A stretch of 64,000 bases of DNA, taken from Bispira polyomma. Its lineage: Eukaryota. Positions 51,196 through 61,436 of this stretch are shown piece by piece (the first letter of the stretch is position 1; the number at the start of each line of letters is the position of its first letter). The translations under genes were made by a program, and so were the position numbers. The notes under the pieces were generated by a model, which was given only the letters and a program-made list of their open reading frames with translations, was not told where the DNA came from and made no database searches. Location: positions 63,922,001 through 63,986,000 of the forward strand of contig OZ287753.1 of NCBI GenBank assembly GCA_965649765.1. Reading direction: 5' to 3'.

Positions 51196-53601
51196 CTAAA
51201 CATGTGGGTTAATGCCTGTTGGTGCAATAGTAGGGAAGGCCCAAATATAGTACATTTCCTGTCGTTTGCGTTTCTGTGTACTATTTGGGTCTTCTGTGTG
51301 GCCTAGCCATTGCAGTACACTAAACTCCATGTCTCTAACAGTATGTTGGTTAGTACTGTAATGTCTGGACACTGGGATCAGTTTATTCTGACCAGGTTTA
51401 GTGACACTTGCTCTATGTTCATACATTCTGTTTCTAAGGGGTCTTTTAGTCTCCCTTATGTACTGTAATCCACATTTTTTGCATGTGATTACATAAATGA
51501 CATTCTTGAGTTCACAAGTAAGTCTGGGATTAGGTGGAATAGATATGCATTTGAACTGCTTATTGGTGTGGTGGCTGATGATATGATCCACTTTTTTTAT
51601 GAGTGGACAATAAGTACATTTTCCAAGTCTTGTGCAAACTGTGGGTATAGTTTTAATAGTTGTACTGTTTACTGGAGGGTAGCAAATCTTAGAACTTGAT
51701 AATTGGTCCCTGAGGTTTGGTAATCTCCTGTGACCTATTATGGGAGGTTCAGTGAAGATATTGGCAAGGCCATCAGTATTCTGGATGATGTTCCAGTTTT
51801 TGTTGATTATTTCCCTGATGTTTGGGTTATTTGGGTTGTACTGAGTTACCATGACAGGGTTGTCCGTCACTGGTTTGGTGGTTTTTTGTAGGAGTTCATC
51901 TTGGGTGAATTGAGATGCCCTTTTATAATGTTTGGTGAGATTCTGTTTGGAGTAGCCTCTAGCCAAATAGAACTTAGTGAGATTTTGGGCATTTTGCTCA
52001 AAGTCAACGTCTAGGGTACAGACCCTTCTGAGACGAAGATATTGTCCATAAGGTCCTTTTGATAGGGTGACCTTTGGGTGGGCTGAGGTGTGATGGAGGT
52101 ACAGGTGGGTATCTGTAGGTTTGGTGAATAGTGTTGTGATTAGGTCCCTGTTTGGGCCTAATTTAACAGTTGTGTCTAAGAAATTAATGGTGTGGTGATT
52201 GTATTCATGAGTGAATTTGATGGTTGGGTGGATGGAGTTTAGATACTCAAAAAATTGTATGAGCGAATTTTCTCCATGTGTCCAGATCATGAATATGTCA
52301 TCAATAAATCTCTTCCACACAAATGGTTTAAGGGGGTAATTTTTTATGGCTTTGGTTTCGAACCTGTCCATAAAAATATTGGCATAATTTGGGGCCAAGG
52401 CAGTACCCATTGCTGTGCCTCCTATTTGGAGGAAGTGGTCTCCATTAAACTCAAAGTTCATACTATGGAGTACTAATTTCAAGAGATCCAAGATGTATTT
52501 GGCTATTGGGGACTTGGTGGGGTCCTTCCTTAATTGGTCTGCTACAGCATTAATACCTTCATTATTTGGTATGTTGGTATAGAGAGAGGACACATCAAGT
52601 GTGACTAGAAGTGATCCTTCAGGAATTGGGCCTAAGTCCTTTATTTTGTGAATGAAATCTTGGGTGTCTCTGATGTAAGACTTGGTAAGGGGGACATATT
52701 TCTTAATATGCTCATCCACAAATTTGCTGATTCTGCAAGTAGGGTGGTTTACAGAACTACAAATAGGTCTGCCAGGTGCATTCTTCTTATGAATTTTTGA
52801 CAAGAGGTAGAATCTACCTTCAGTACAGTTTTTTGGTGTCAAGTATTCGAAGTTGTCCTCTGTGATCAACTTTGAGTTCCTTAGCTTGGTCAAGGTTTCA
52901 GTAACTTGATCAGAGATTTTATCTGTTATGTCAGTTTGGTTCCTGACATAAAAGTTGGTGTCTGACAGTTGCCTGTATCCTTCCCTTAGGTAATCAGTGC
53001 TGTTTAGCACTACCACTGCTGATCCTTTGTCAGCCTTTTTGATGACGACATCAGCATTATTGGCGAGTTCTTTAAGCCCAAGGAATTGTTCTTTGGTCAA
53101 GTTTTTGGTTCTAGGAGTTTTTACCTTACTTTTGAGTAAGTTCATTTTAAATGCTCTCTGAAAAATCTCTAATGACGTATGCACATTAGAGGGTTTCCAG
53201 GTGCTTTTTTCTCTGAAACGTTTATGAATTTCATTGAAAGGGTTTTCATTTACCTCCAGGTTGGAGGCAAGGAATTGTACTAATTCAAGGTCATGTTCAC
53301 TTAGGTGACTGAACATTTGGTTGTCCGAATGGATATGGAATCTGAGGCATAGCCTTCTGTAAAAGTCCTTGAAGTCATACCAGATTTGTGACTTGTTACA
53401 TGGTCCAGGGGTGGGACAAAATATGAGACCTTTTTCAAGTGCACTGATTTGATGGTCAGTGAGACAAGTGTTGGATAGGTTAATGACAGTGTGGCCCAAG
53501 AGGCTTTCCATTTTATGACCTTTTGGAAGCATGCCTGGTGAGACAGTAGGTGCTTCCAATTTAATTTGGAGCAGTTGTGATGCATAGTTTTTGTCTTGCA
53601 T
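51196..53601 (-). CDS. Penelope-like reverse transcriptase - Cys linker - GIY-YIG endonuclease (801 aa)
   Basis: VINLS, KKADKG, KIHK..PGRPI, TLDVSSLYTNIP, GTAMG, RFIDD, FLD, KPTD; CxxxxxCxxC linker; NVIYVITCKKC..QYIRET..R..EH (GIY-YIG with Gly-to-Arg). Confidence 0.96.
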   Translation of the reverse strand: MQDKNYASQLLQIKLEAPTVSPGMLPKGHKMESLLGHTVINLSNTCLTDHQISALEKGLIFCPTPGPCNKSQIWYDFKDFYRRLCLRFHIHSDNQMFSHLSEHDLELVQFLASNLEVNENPFNEIHKRFREKSTWKPSNVHTSLEIFQRAFKMNLLKSKVKTPRTKNLTKEQFLGLKELANNADVVIKKADKGSAVVVLNSTDYLREGYRQLSDTNFYVRNQTDITDKISDQVTETLTKLRNSKLITEDNFEYLTPKNCTEGRFYLLSKIHKKNAPGRPICSSVNHPTCRISKFVDEHIKKYVPLTKSYIRDTQDFIHKIKDLGPIPEGSLLVTLDVSSLYTNIPNNEGINAVADQLRKDPTKSPIAKYILDLLKLVLHSMNFEFNGDHFLQIGGTAMGTALAPNYANIFMDRFETKAIKNYPLKPFVWKRFIDDIFMIWTHGENSLIQFFEYLNSIHPTIKFTHEYNHHTINFLDTTVKLGPNRDLITTLFTKPTDTHLYLHHTSAHPKVTLSKGPYGQYLRLRRVCTLDVDFEQNAQNLTKFYLARGYSKQNLTKHYKRASQFTQDELLQKTTKPVTDNPVMVTQYNPNNPNIREIINKNWNIIQNTDGLANIFTEPPIIGHRRLPNLRDQLSSSKICYPPVNSTTIKTIPTVCTRLGKCTYCPLIKKVDHIISHHTNKQFKCISIPPNPRLTCELKNVIYVITCKKCGLQYIRETKRPLRNRMYEHRASVTKPGQNKLIPVSRHYSTNQHTVRDMEFSVLQWLGHTEDPNSTQKRKRQEMYYIWAFPTIAPTGINPHV

Positions 53602-53891
53602 TTTGAGACAAGATTTAACCAGAAGTTTTCACTAAGGTGCAAAAATTAGCACCGATTGGCACCGACTTTTGTAACCATGGAGATAAAGTGAGGGAAAGAG
53701 AAACATGTGGGTTATTTTTTATTTTAAATAACTAGCTGATAGCATTCCCTGAAGCAATCCAGAAACCTTTTCTGTCTGTTTCTGGAGGGGGCCAGGTTTA
53801 TTAAAGTAAGTTATAGCAATGTGATGACAAGAACAACTTTGAATTAATTGTCATGAACAATTACAATGTATTTGAGATTAACAATGAGTAA

Positions 53892-54704
53892 TCACTTTTT
53901 CTTGATTAAGTCACTGAGTCCCTTCAAAAGGAAGTTGAGTTGTTGGTTATTGTTAACTGGTCTATAGGGGCCTCTTTGGGGCCCTCTCTGTGGCCTTCTC
54001 TGAAATCCAGTTTTGCCTCTACTGTCCTTGCCTTTATTGGTTGGAGGAGTGGATGGGTTGTACTTTCTTTTGAGCACAGTTGGGGCTGCTTGTTTATACT
54101 TATCACTTAATGAGTTCTTAATTTCAAGGAACTGATCAGGAGAGAGCTTGCTTTGTAGCTCTGCTAAAAGTGTTTGGATTTCACTTTTAAGTTCAGTGTA
54201 TCTGGTGTTGAGCTCTTCTAGGAGGATCAGTGTGAGGTCCTTTTTGCAGGCTGCTGTTATGGAACACCATCTAGTCTTAAAGCTTTCGACCTGGCTCTGT
54301 GGAGGTAGGCACTTGAAGTTAGTCTGTATTGGGAAAACGCCATCCGATAATTGGGATTTGATGTGGTGAATGTTTGAAGCCAAATTCAGTTTCTTTCTGA
54401 ACAGGGTTTTTGTTTTCAGATACACACTTTTGGTGGCAATTGGGTAGTCATCCCTGGTGGAACTAGTTGTGTTCTCTGTAGGTGATGAAAATCTCTTCCT
54501 CTTTTTGGATTGAGCAGAATTGGGTTTATGGGTGTCACTGTTGAGTTTTTGAGCCACGCCAGTGAGAAGTTGAATAGTTTCATCACTCAGACAAGTCTTA
54601 GGAATGGGTGTCCCAGGAGCAGGAGTGTTGGCACTGGTGGGGGGCTGTACGTCCAATTTTCCCAAGGCACTAACAAGTGTAGTTTGACTCACACTGGTAG
54701 ACAT
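53892..54704 (-). CDS. PLE ORF1: 270-aa basic/coiled-coil protein (first ATG 54704)
   Basis: Open frame between the hammerhead and ORF2. NLS-like KKRKR, helical heptads (LLEELNTRYTELKSEIQTLLAELQSKL), Arg/Gly/Pro-rich tail; resembles the N-terminal region of PLE proteins. Confidence 0.75.
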   Translation of the reverse strand: MSTSVSQTTLVSALGKLDVQPPTSANTPAPGTPIPKTCLSDETIQLLTGVAQKLNSDTHKPNSAQSKKRKRFSSPTENTTSSTRDDYPIATKSVYLKTKTLFRKKLNLASNIHHIKSQLSDGVFPIQTNFKCLPPQSQVESFKTRWCSITAACKKDLTLILLEELNTRYTELKSEIQTLLAELQSKLSPDQFLEIKNSLSDKYKQAAPTVLKRKYNPSTPPTNKGKDSRGKTGFQRRPQRGPQRGPYRPVNNNQQLNFLLKGLSDLIKKK

Positions 54705-54720
54705 GATACCCAGAGAGATA

Positions 54721-55722
54721 ACAGAGTTAATACTTGGTGTGAGAGAAATTTGTTTGATAGTCAAATTGCCTGATATATAGCTATTATGTTGTATATATTT
54801 AGACCTGAGGTTTTGGTCAAAGGTCTCTTCAGAGGCTGATGTGATATTTAGGATTTTTGCCCATTAGGTACAAAAACCTGCACCGTCGGGCACCGCCCAT
54901 ATAGGTGCAGAGGTGCAGAAAGTGCTAGGCGGTGCAGTAGGTGCCAGGCGGTGCAGGGTTTATTTGATTGGAAAAAACAGAAAAAAGTTCTTTCCTGTTT
55001 AAGGGGTGACCTTTTTGAGTGTCATGATGATTAATGGTTATGTACAAAATAGGTCTGTTTCCATGGCAACACTCATATTGCATTCAAACCTATAGCCCTC
55101 ATAATGACTTATGTGGGTTGGGTGTGTTGAAATGGTAAACAGATGCTGGTGAGCACATTCCAGGTAAATCAATTAAGTCAGAAATAATGCCTTACTCTCT
55201 CTAGTGGGTAAAGCTATGTGGGTGCAAGTGACAGGGGGTGGTGGCCAGGTCAGAAAATCCATGATAGGCATAATATGGTATCCCCATTGGTTGCTGTTAT
55301 AGTCTGGTTTTATGTTAGATTTTACCATGAGATCACACCTTCTTATACTTGGATAAGGAGGCAAAAAAATCCATAATTTGGTAACTGTGATTACACTTAT
55401 TATGGTGGATAAGTGGGTCAGGCTAGAAGGTATAATTCCAGATATATCAAAAAATGTACTCAAAATTCACATATGTACTGTGTGTACTTTTACGAATTAT
55501 GGGTTGTACAGTTTGAATAATGATAAACTGAATCATATCTTAAAAAGACCTATTGAGAATTAGGACAATAGGTGAGTAATGTGTGGGTTGATACACATCA
55601 GGGGGCCAGAAAAACACATAAAAGTACTCAATGCATTTTTTAATTAGTATATAATTAATAATTATAAACTGAAATGTACAAGAAATCGGAAATTTCTCTA
55701 TCCCGGATAATTATCTAGTTCT
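54721..55722 (-). repeat. Left arm of 1002-bp inverted repeat (PLE pseudo-LTR)
   Basis: Reverse complement of 61437-62438; no net indel, about a dozen substitutions by eye. Confidence 0.95.
54768..54836 (-). ncRNA. Type I hammerhead ribozyme copy with GAAA>UAAA (G12U) core mutation at 54801, probably inactive
   Basis: Same sequence as 62323-62391 except the core G and one loop II base. Confidence 0.82.
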
Positions 55723-55802
55723 TATAATAAGTGTGTATGGCGTCATTACTAACATAGATATGTATTTTAAGACACTTTGTTTAGAGTCAGCCCAATATAT
55801 AA

Positions 55803-55864
55803 ATAAATATGTAAGGGGTATTAGGGGTATCAACTAATAGAGTAGAGGGCTGTAATCTAAACAT
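55803..55864 (-). repeat. 62-bp direct repeat of the PLE 3' end (51142-51203: last ORF2 codons, stop and 3' tail) placed upstream of the element - partial-tandem signature
   Basis: ataaatatgtaaggggtattaggggtatcaactaata[c/g]agtagagggctgtaatctaaacat at both sites, one mismatch. Confidence 0.92.
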
Positions 55865-56579
55865 TAACCTACATGTAAAGTGGAACCGGTAGTATGTAAC
55901 ACTAAATTTATTGTAAATTATTAAAAACTCAAGTATGTCAAAATGTGTACATGAACGTATCAGTGACTGTTCTGTTAAACGATGTACTTAAAAATATGAC
56001 TATAAATATTTACTTAATGATGTATGGAGATTATGTATGTAATTTTATGGAGAATCTTTTGCCTGTGTAAAGTCATAAATATATACTTAATGAGGGAAAC
56101 TTCTAAGAAAGTTATAGCACATCTTTTGTTTCTTTAAATAGCACTCCACAGATGATTCTGTATTTAGTATATAACGTGTACTGAATGCCATATTTGCACT
56201 TTACTGTTTACCAGTAACATACTGTCCTGATAAATTCTTCATTGGAACCCCATTTTCTTGTATAAAGACAAATAGTAAGGCTTTCATGTTTTTGGCTATA
56301 TCAAAATGTGTTAGTTCCACAACAATTCTGTGAGAGTTGATTAATTTGTAACCCCAAACTTTTCTGTTCCTTGTATATTAACAATCTCTCTCTGTATATA
56401 CCTATATAGATATTCTATTAATTTTTTTTTTTTTTCTCTTATCTTTTTTATTTATTGTCAGGTTATTGAGCTTTACTATGTTATCATTCATTCTTTCATG
56501 CTGTTATCCTAAAGGTGTGGTGACCTGTGGCGTTAAAAACTATGCAAAGAGAAACATTTGAAATAATGGGCTTACTAAT

Positions 56580-59500
56580 ATGCATATCTCCATAATAAGA
56601 GAACCAGTAGGAAACTTTTGTTTAAATGACGTAGGTTATTACTTTTTTTACTATTTCCACTACAGTGAGTTCTACTTCTCTTTGCATTCTCTCCTCGATT
56701 CAGCCAGAAATAGATTGTATATAGCAACACTGAATATTATATCGGTATGCCTTCCACTATTAATCTTACAAGTACTGGCATTGGCTGGTGATATTGAAAC
56801 CAACCCTGGGCCTGTAAATAATACTGAATTTTGCGATGTTTCTATATGTCACATCAACATTAGAAGCTTAAAGCCAAAAATTAATAATGTATTTTACAAA
56901 ATGGAAATTATAAGGCATGAAATTTCACTGAGATACAATATAATTACCTTAAGTGAAACATGGCTAAATGACCAGGATAATCTAGGGGACTTTGCTATTG
57001 ATGGATTTCAAATGCCATTTGTTCTAAATAGGAGTAACCTAGGGGGTGGGGTGCTGTGTTGGGTTGCAAATAACATTGCAGCTAAAAGAAAGATAGATTT
57101 GGAATTATCTGAAATCGAAACAATGTGGTTAGATGTTAGAGTTAATACAAACAAGTTTTTGCTATGCGTTGCTTACCGACCTCCATCCTGTAGTGACTTC
57201 TGGGTTCATCTACAAAATAGCCTTGACAACATCATAAGCACCGACTGCAAGAATTTACTATTAATTGGGGACCTAAACGCTGATTTCAACTCCTTACAGG
57301 GCCAGCACTTGAACAGCTTTTCTACTATAAATAATCTTCGCATTCTTATACATCAACCAACACGTATCACTAATACTACAAGCAGTGTTCTTGATCAATG
57401 CTTAACCAATTTCGCTGCGTTCATCAAAACTTCCGGAGTTGAACCACCTTTAGCAAATAACGATCATTGTACTATTTTTGTAAAACTTCTCTTTCGTGTA
57501 AAGAAAACAAAATGCTATAAAAAGACTATGTGGGATTTCAGCAAAATCAATATAGAACAGTATAAAAACTCTTTTGACAACTTTCAATGGAACAGTTTAT
57601 TAAATGAAGATAACATTGATGAAACATGTAAGTTATTTACAGATAAAATGTTACTATCAGCTCGAGAATGTATTCCACATAAGGAAGTGACAGTCCGTTC
57701 TTTTGATAAACCTTTTTACAATGGCTATCTACGTAGATTACGACGTAAAGTTAACCGCCTATATGCTAAGGCAAAACGCGCAAATACTGTTTCTTCATGG
57801 GATAACTATAGGCATGAAAGAAATTTTTATTATCGTGAAGTCAGTCGCTGTAAGAATGACCATCTAAATAAGGTCTATATGAAACTTAATGCAGAAAATT
57901 TCAATAATGGCTCATTCTTTAAACTAGCAAAATCTTTTTTGAAAAAGCCTACTGATAAATCTATTCCCCCTATGTTATCTCAGGATGGTACTCTGATAAC
58001 TGATGATAAAGAAAAAGCAAATGCTTTTAATTCTTTTTTTGCCGAAGCTAGTATATTAAGAGAAGAGCAGGCTCAATTACCAGTTGATGACACCCCATTG
58101 GGTGGTGTTTTACACAACATGGTAGTGTCAGAAAAAGAAGTACTTGACCAGATATCAATACTTAACTGTAACAAATCATATGGCCCCGATGGTCTTTCAC
58201 CTAAATTTATAAAACTAGCAAATTGCTCATTGGTAAAGCCGTTAACAAAATTATTCAACCTTTCATTGTCTACGGGGAAAGTTCCTAAGCTGTGGAAACA
58301 AGCTAATGTGGTACCGTTACACAAAAAAGACAGCAAGAATGTGTTAGGACACTATCGACCTGTATCTCTTCTTAGTATTTTGGGAAAGATGTTAGAGAGA
58401 ATAGTTTTTAAGTACTTATATAATCATTTTAAAGACAATTTCTTCCTATCAGTTTGGCAATTAGGGTTTTTGCCAGGTTCTTCAACAATTACCCAATTAA
58501 TTGAAATATATAATACATTTTGCTCAGCGGTATCTCAAAACAAAGAAATACGAGTTGTGTTTCTTGACATTTCTAAAGCCTTCGATCGCGTTTGGCATCG
58601 GGGATTGTTATTCAAACTGAAGAAATGGGGTATCAGTGGTACATTACTCCAGTGGTTTGAAGATTACCTAAAAGATAGGGTTCAACGAGTTGTTATCAAT
58701 GGTCAATTTTCAGACTGGAGCAAAATATTTGCTGGGGTACCACAAGGATCAGTACTGGGGCCTCTTTTGTTTTTGGTTTTTATTAATGATATTACAGAAG
58801 TTGTAAAAAATTATAGCTTAAGACTTTTTGCAGATGATACTTGCCTTTTTATTGAAGTTGACAATCGAATAGATTAAGCAATTAAATTAAATGAGGACCT
58901 AAGAAATATTGAAAAATGGTCTCAGAATTAGCTTGTTACATTCAATCCTTCAAAAACCGAATCAATGATTATTGGCCTCAAACATCACAAAAATGAAAAT
59001 CCAAGGTTGTACTTACACAACACACCAATTGTTAATGTGGCTAAACATAAACATGTAGGGCTTTGGCTTGAGGATAACTTGGGCTGGCATATGCATATAG
59101 ACGAAATCAGCACTAAAGCTGGAAAGCGATTGAACATGCTAAAGCAGTTAAAATATCAAGTTAGCAGAATTACACTGGAGAAAATCTACTTTGCTTTTAT
59201 TAGACCCATTTTGGAATATGGTGATGTTGTTTGGGCTGGGGCTAGCAACTCTGATTTACGCAAACTAGATAGTATTCAGGTTAATGCTATGAGGCTTGTG
59301 TCTGGTGCTCCTTTTAGATCTAACATTCGCTCACTCTTTGAGGAACTAGGCTGGCAAAATTTATGCAGTAGGCGTGAACAGCATGTGTTGATAATGATGT
59401 ATAAAATTTCACATGATTTAGCTCCGAGTTATCTAAAAAACTTAATTCCTCCTGCAATTGGAAGTACCATCACATATCAACTTCGAAACCGACATGATTT

Positions 59501-60017
59501 TCAGGTTCCAAAATGTAGAATAAATATGCACCAAAGTTCTTTCATTCCAGCTGGGATAAAACTCTGGAATAAACTTGACAACTCACTCAAATATGCAACA
59601 ACTCTCTCTACATTCAAATACATATTACGCAAACGACAATTTAAGTGTAATGAAAAACTAGTTAAATTCCGTAAAAAATTGTTTGTTGAAGGTGAACGGT
59701 ACTGGAATGCAATTCATGCTAGAATGCGCATGAACTGTAGCCCTCTTAAGGAACACCTCACAAAATATTTACATGTCTTGAGCAATTGCACTTGTGATTG
59801 TGGCCTATCTGATGAAAATAATACACATTTCCTTTTAGATTGTATAAACTATGCCATACCGAGACAGTTAATGTGAGCTAAATTATATGATATTCCTGCT
59901 GTTACAACTGAAACTCTATTATTTGGTAGCCTTGACTTGACATTTGAACAAAACCAGACAATATTTCGAACAGTTCAAGAATTTTTAAGGGAAACAAACC
60001 GGTTTTATAGTTTTTAA
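56580..60017 (+). pseudogene. LINE ORF2 (2A peptide - APE endonuclease - RT - C-terminal Cys/His motif) broken by three in-frame stops (58875, 58928, 59874)
   Basis: HINIRSL, LSETW, GDLNAD, NDH; YRPVSLL, FLDISKAFDRV, GVPQGSVLGPLLF, FADDT; CDCG..E...HFLLDC. All segments are in one frame ending ...ETNRFYSF* at 60017. Confidence 0.92.
56790..56813 (+). other. 2A-like ribosomal StopGo motif DIETNPGP
   Basis: LLILQVLALAG-DIETNPG|P matches D(V/I)ExNPGP immediately upstream of the APE domain. Confidence 0.85.
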
Positions 60018-60204
60018 TTGCTACAGTGCCAACACACCTTCTCATCTTTTCATTCATCATTCTATGTTATTTTTCTATTTTGTTTCTTTTGTATATATAT
60101 ATATCTTCCTGCGAGAAGGCTTTATAATAATCTTTTTGATTTTGCTTGATTGTTTTGTTCCAATAAAAAATATTGTTTATGAAAAAAAACCTACATGTCA
60201 CATA

Positions 60205-60321
60205 TTACGTCACTATAAGATCGTTACCACCGTCTAAGGTGAACTGGAAACGTCATAACGTTACCAGGTGATTGTTTTTACCTAGTCAACCTAGGCTGAT
60301 TTGAAAATTCATAACTCAGTT
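60205..60321 (+). promoter_or_regulatory. Candidate compact promoter of the ZF gene (CRE-like TTACGTCA 60205, initiator-like TCAGTT 60316)
   Basis: Motif matches only; TCAGTT begins 39 nt upstream of the ATG. Confidence 0.35.
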
Positions 60322-60354
60322 GGATTCACAGAGTGAACACCTATCTTAAACAAA

Positions 60355-61249
60355 ATGAAGAACTGTACTTGGTTCTCCTGTACTATTTGTCATAAGACAT
60401 ACTCTAGAAGAGCTAGTCTGAGGAGACACACAAAAGCTGAACATTTACACCAAACATTTAAATGTAACCTGTGTGATAAAAAATTCAAAAGGAGTGACTA
60501 TTTAATTAAGCACCAGAAAACCCACCATCAAATGGGTTGTGATGATTTCAGACAACTTCTGGATTGTGTTGACAACGAAATCAGCTCACCAGAGGAATCA
60601 CCTAATTTTCCCCTGGATCAGTTCCTGGATCACAGCCCAGATATTACTAAACAGGCATCCCCATCAGGATATTCTCTGTCTTCTAGTCTTCATGCACCTG
60701 GTTGCACTTATGAAGCTCCTACCTCCTACCCACCTTTGGTAACCTCTGACACTATCAGCTGCCTTACCACAGTCAACATATGTACACAAACTGATGTAGT
60801 CTGTATCAAAAGGAATGCTACAGTTACTCATTCAGGACAACCCCACCTGTGACAGTGCCACTAACACTGACATGATGATTCTGGAAGATAACAGAATAGC
60901 ATTGAACAACAGCTGGGACACCACCCCCACCTCAACACCCAGGACTCCCACTATTGACAGCTATTTCACTTCCTCATCAGGATCTGATGGATCATTCATT
61001 GAGGCTTGCAACATATTGATCAGCTCCTCACCACCACTTACTCCGTACTCTGAGTCAGTGACATCTCCACCGTCTGTTACCTCCAACACCACTAAGGTTC
61101 ACCAGTCTGAGGACCCACTACAGTCCTCCCAGTATGATTATCTCTCAGAATCATTTCATGAAATTCTGATGAACTTATCCCCACCAGATGATATTATGGC
61201 CAGCATTAGCAACATCAACTTTGACAGCCTCCTGGATACCAGTTATTAA
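60355..61249 (+). pseudogene. Intronless two-finger C2H2 zinc-finger protein with Ser/Thr/Pro/acidic tail (~297 aa), split by one frameshift near 60815-60850
   Basis: FSCTICHKTYSRRASLRRHTKAEH and FKCNLCDKKFKRSDYLIKHQKTH. ORFs 60355-60852 and 60815-61249 overlap and have matching composition; aaacaaaATG start context; AATAAA at 61250 directly after the stop. Confidence 0.8.
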
Positions 61250-61306
61250 AATAAATAACTCGCCTGAATATTCAATTATTTTCTTCACCCAGTGGTGTAA
61301 GTTTGT

Positions 61307-61311
<5 letters not shown>

Positions 61312-61351
<40 letters not shown>
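61312..61351. repeat. (TA)n microsatellite, about 20 units
   Basis: Seen directly. Confidence 0.95.
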
Positions 61352-61354
<3 letters not shown>

Positions 61355-61436
61355 TTAAAAATATTCTTGTAATATCAACAAAATGACATTACTCTACAAT
61401 ATATTTGCTTTAATATTATTATTCGTTTTAATTATC

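Larger units (their letters stand above)
55877..60187 (+). mobile_element. CR1/L2-group (Jockey-group) non-LTR retrotransposon nested in the PLE
   Basis: TSD AACCTACATGT at 55866-55876 and 60188-60198; AATAAA and short A-tail at the 3' end; APE + RT ORF. Confidence 0.92.

Noticed and set aside
53815-53894. Possible SECIS/selenocysteine readthrough of the PLE ORF1 TGA
   Set aside because: The ATGA in the hairpin is Watson-Crick paired (TCAT) rather than forming a GA/GA quartet, and readthrough meets TAA after 15 codons.
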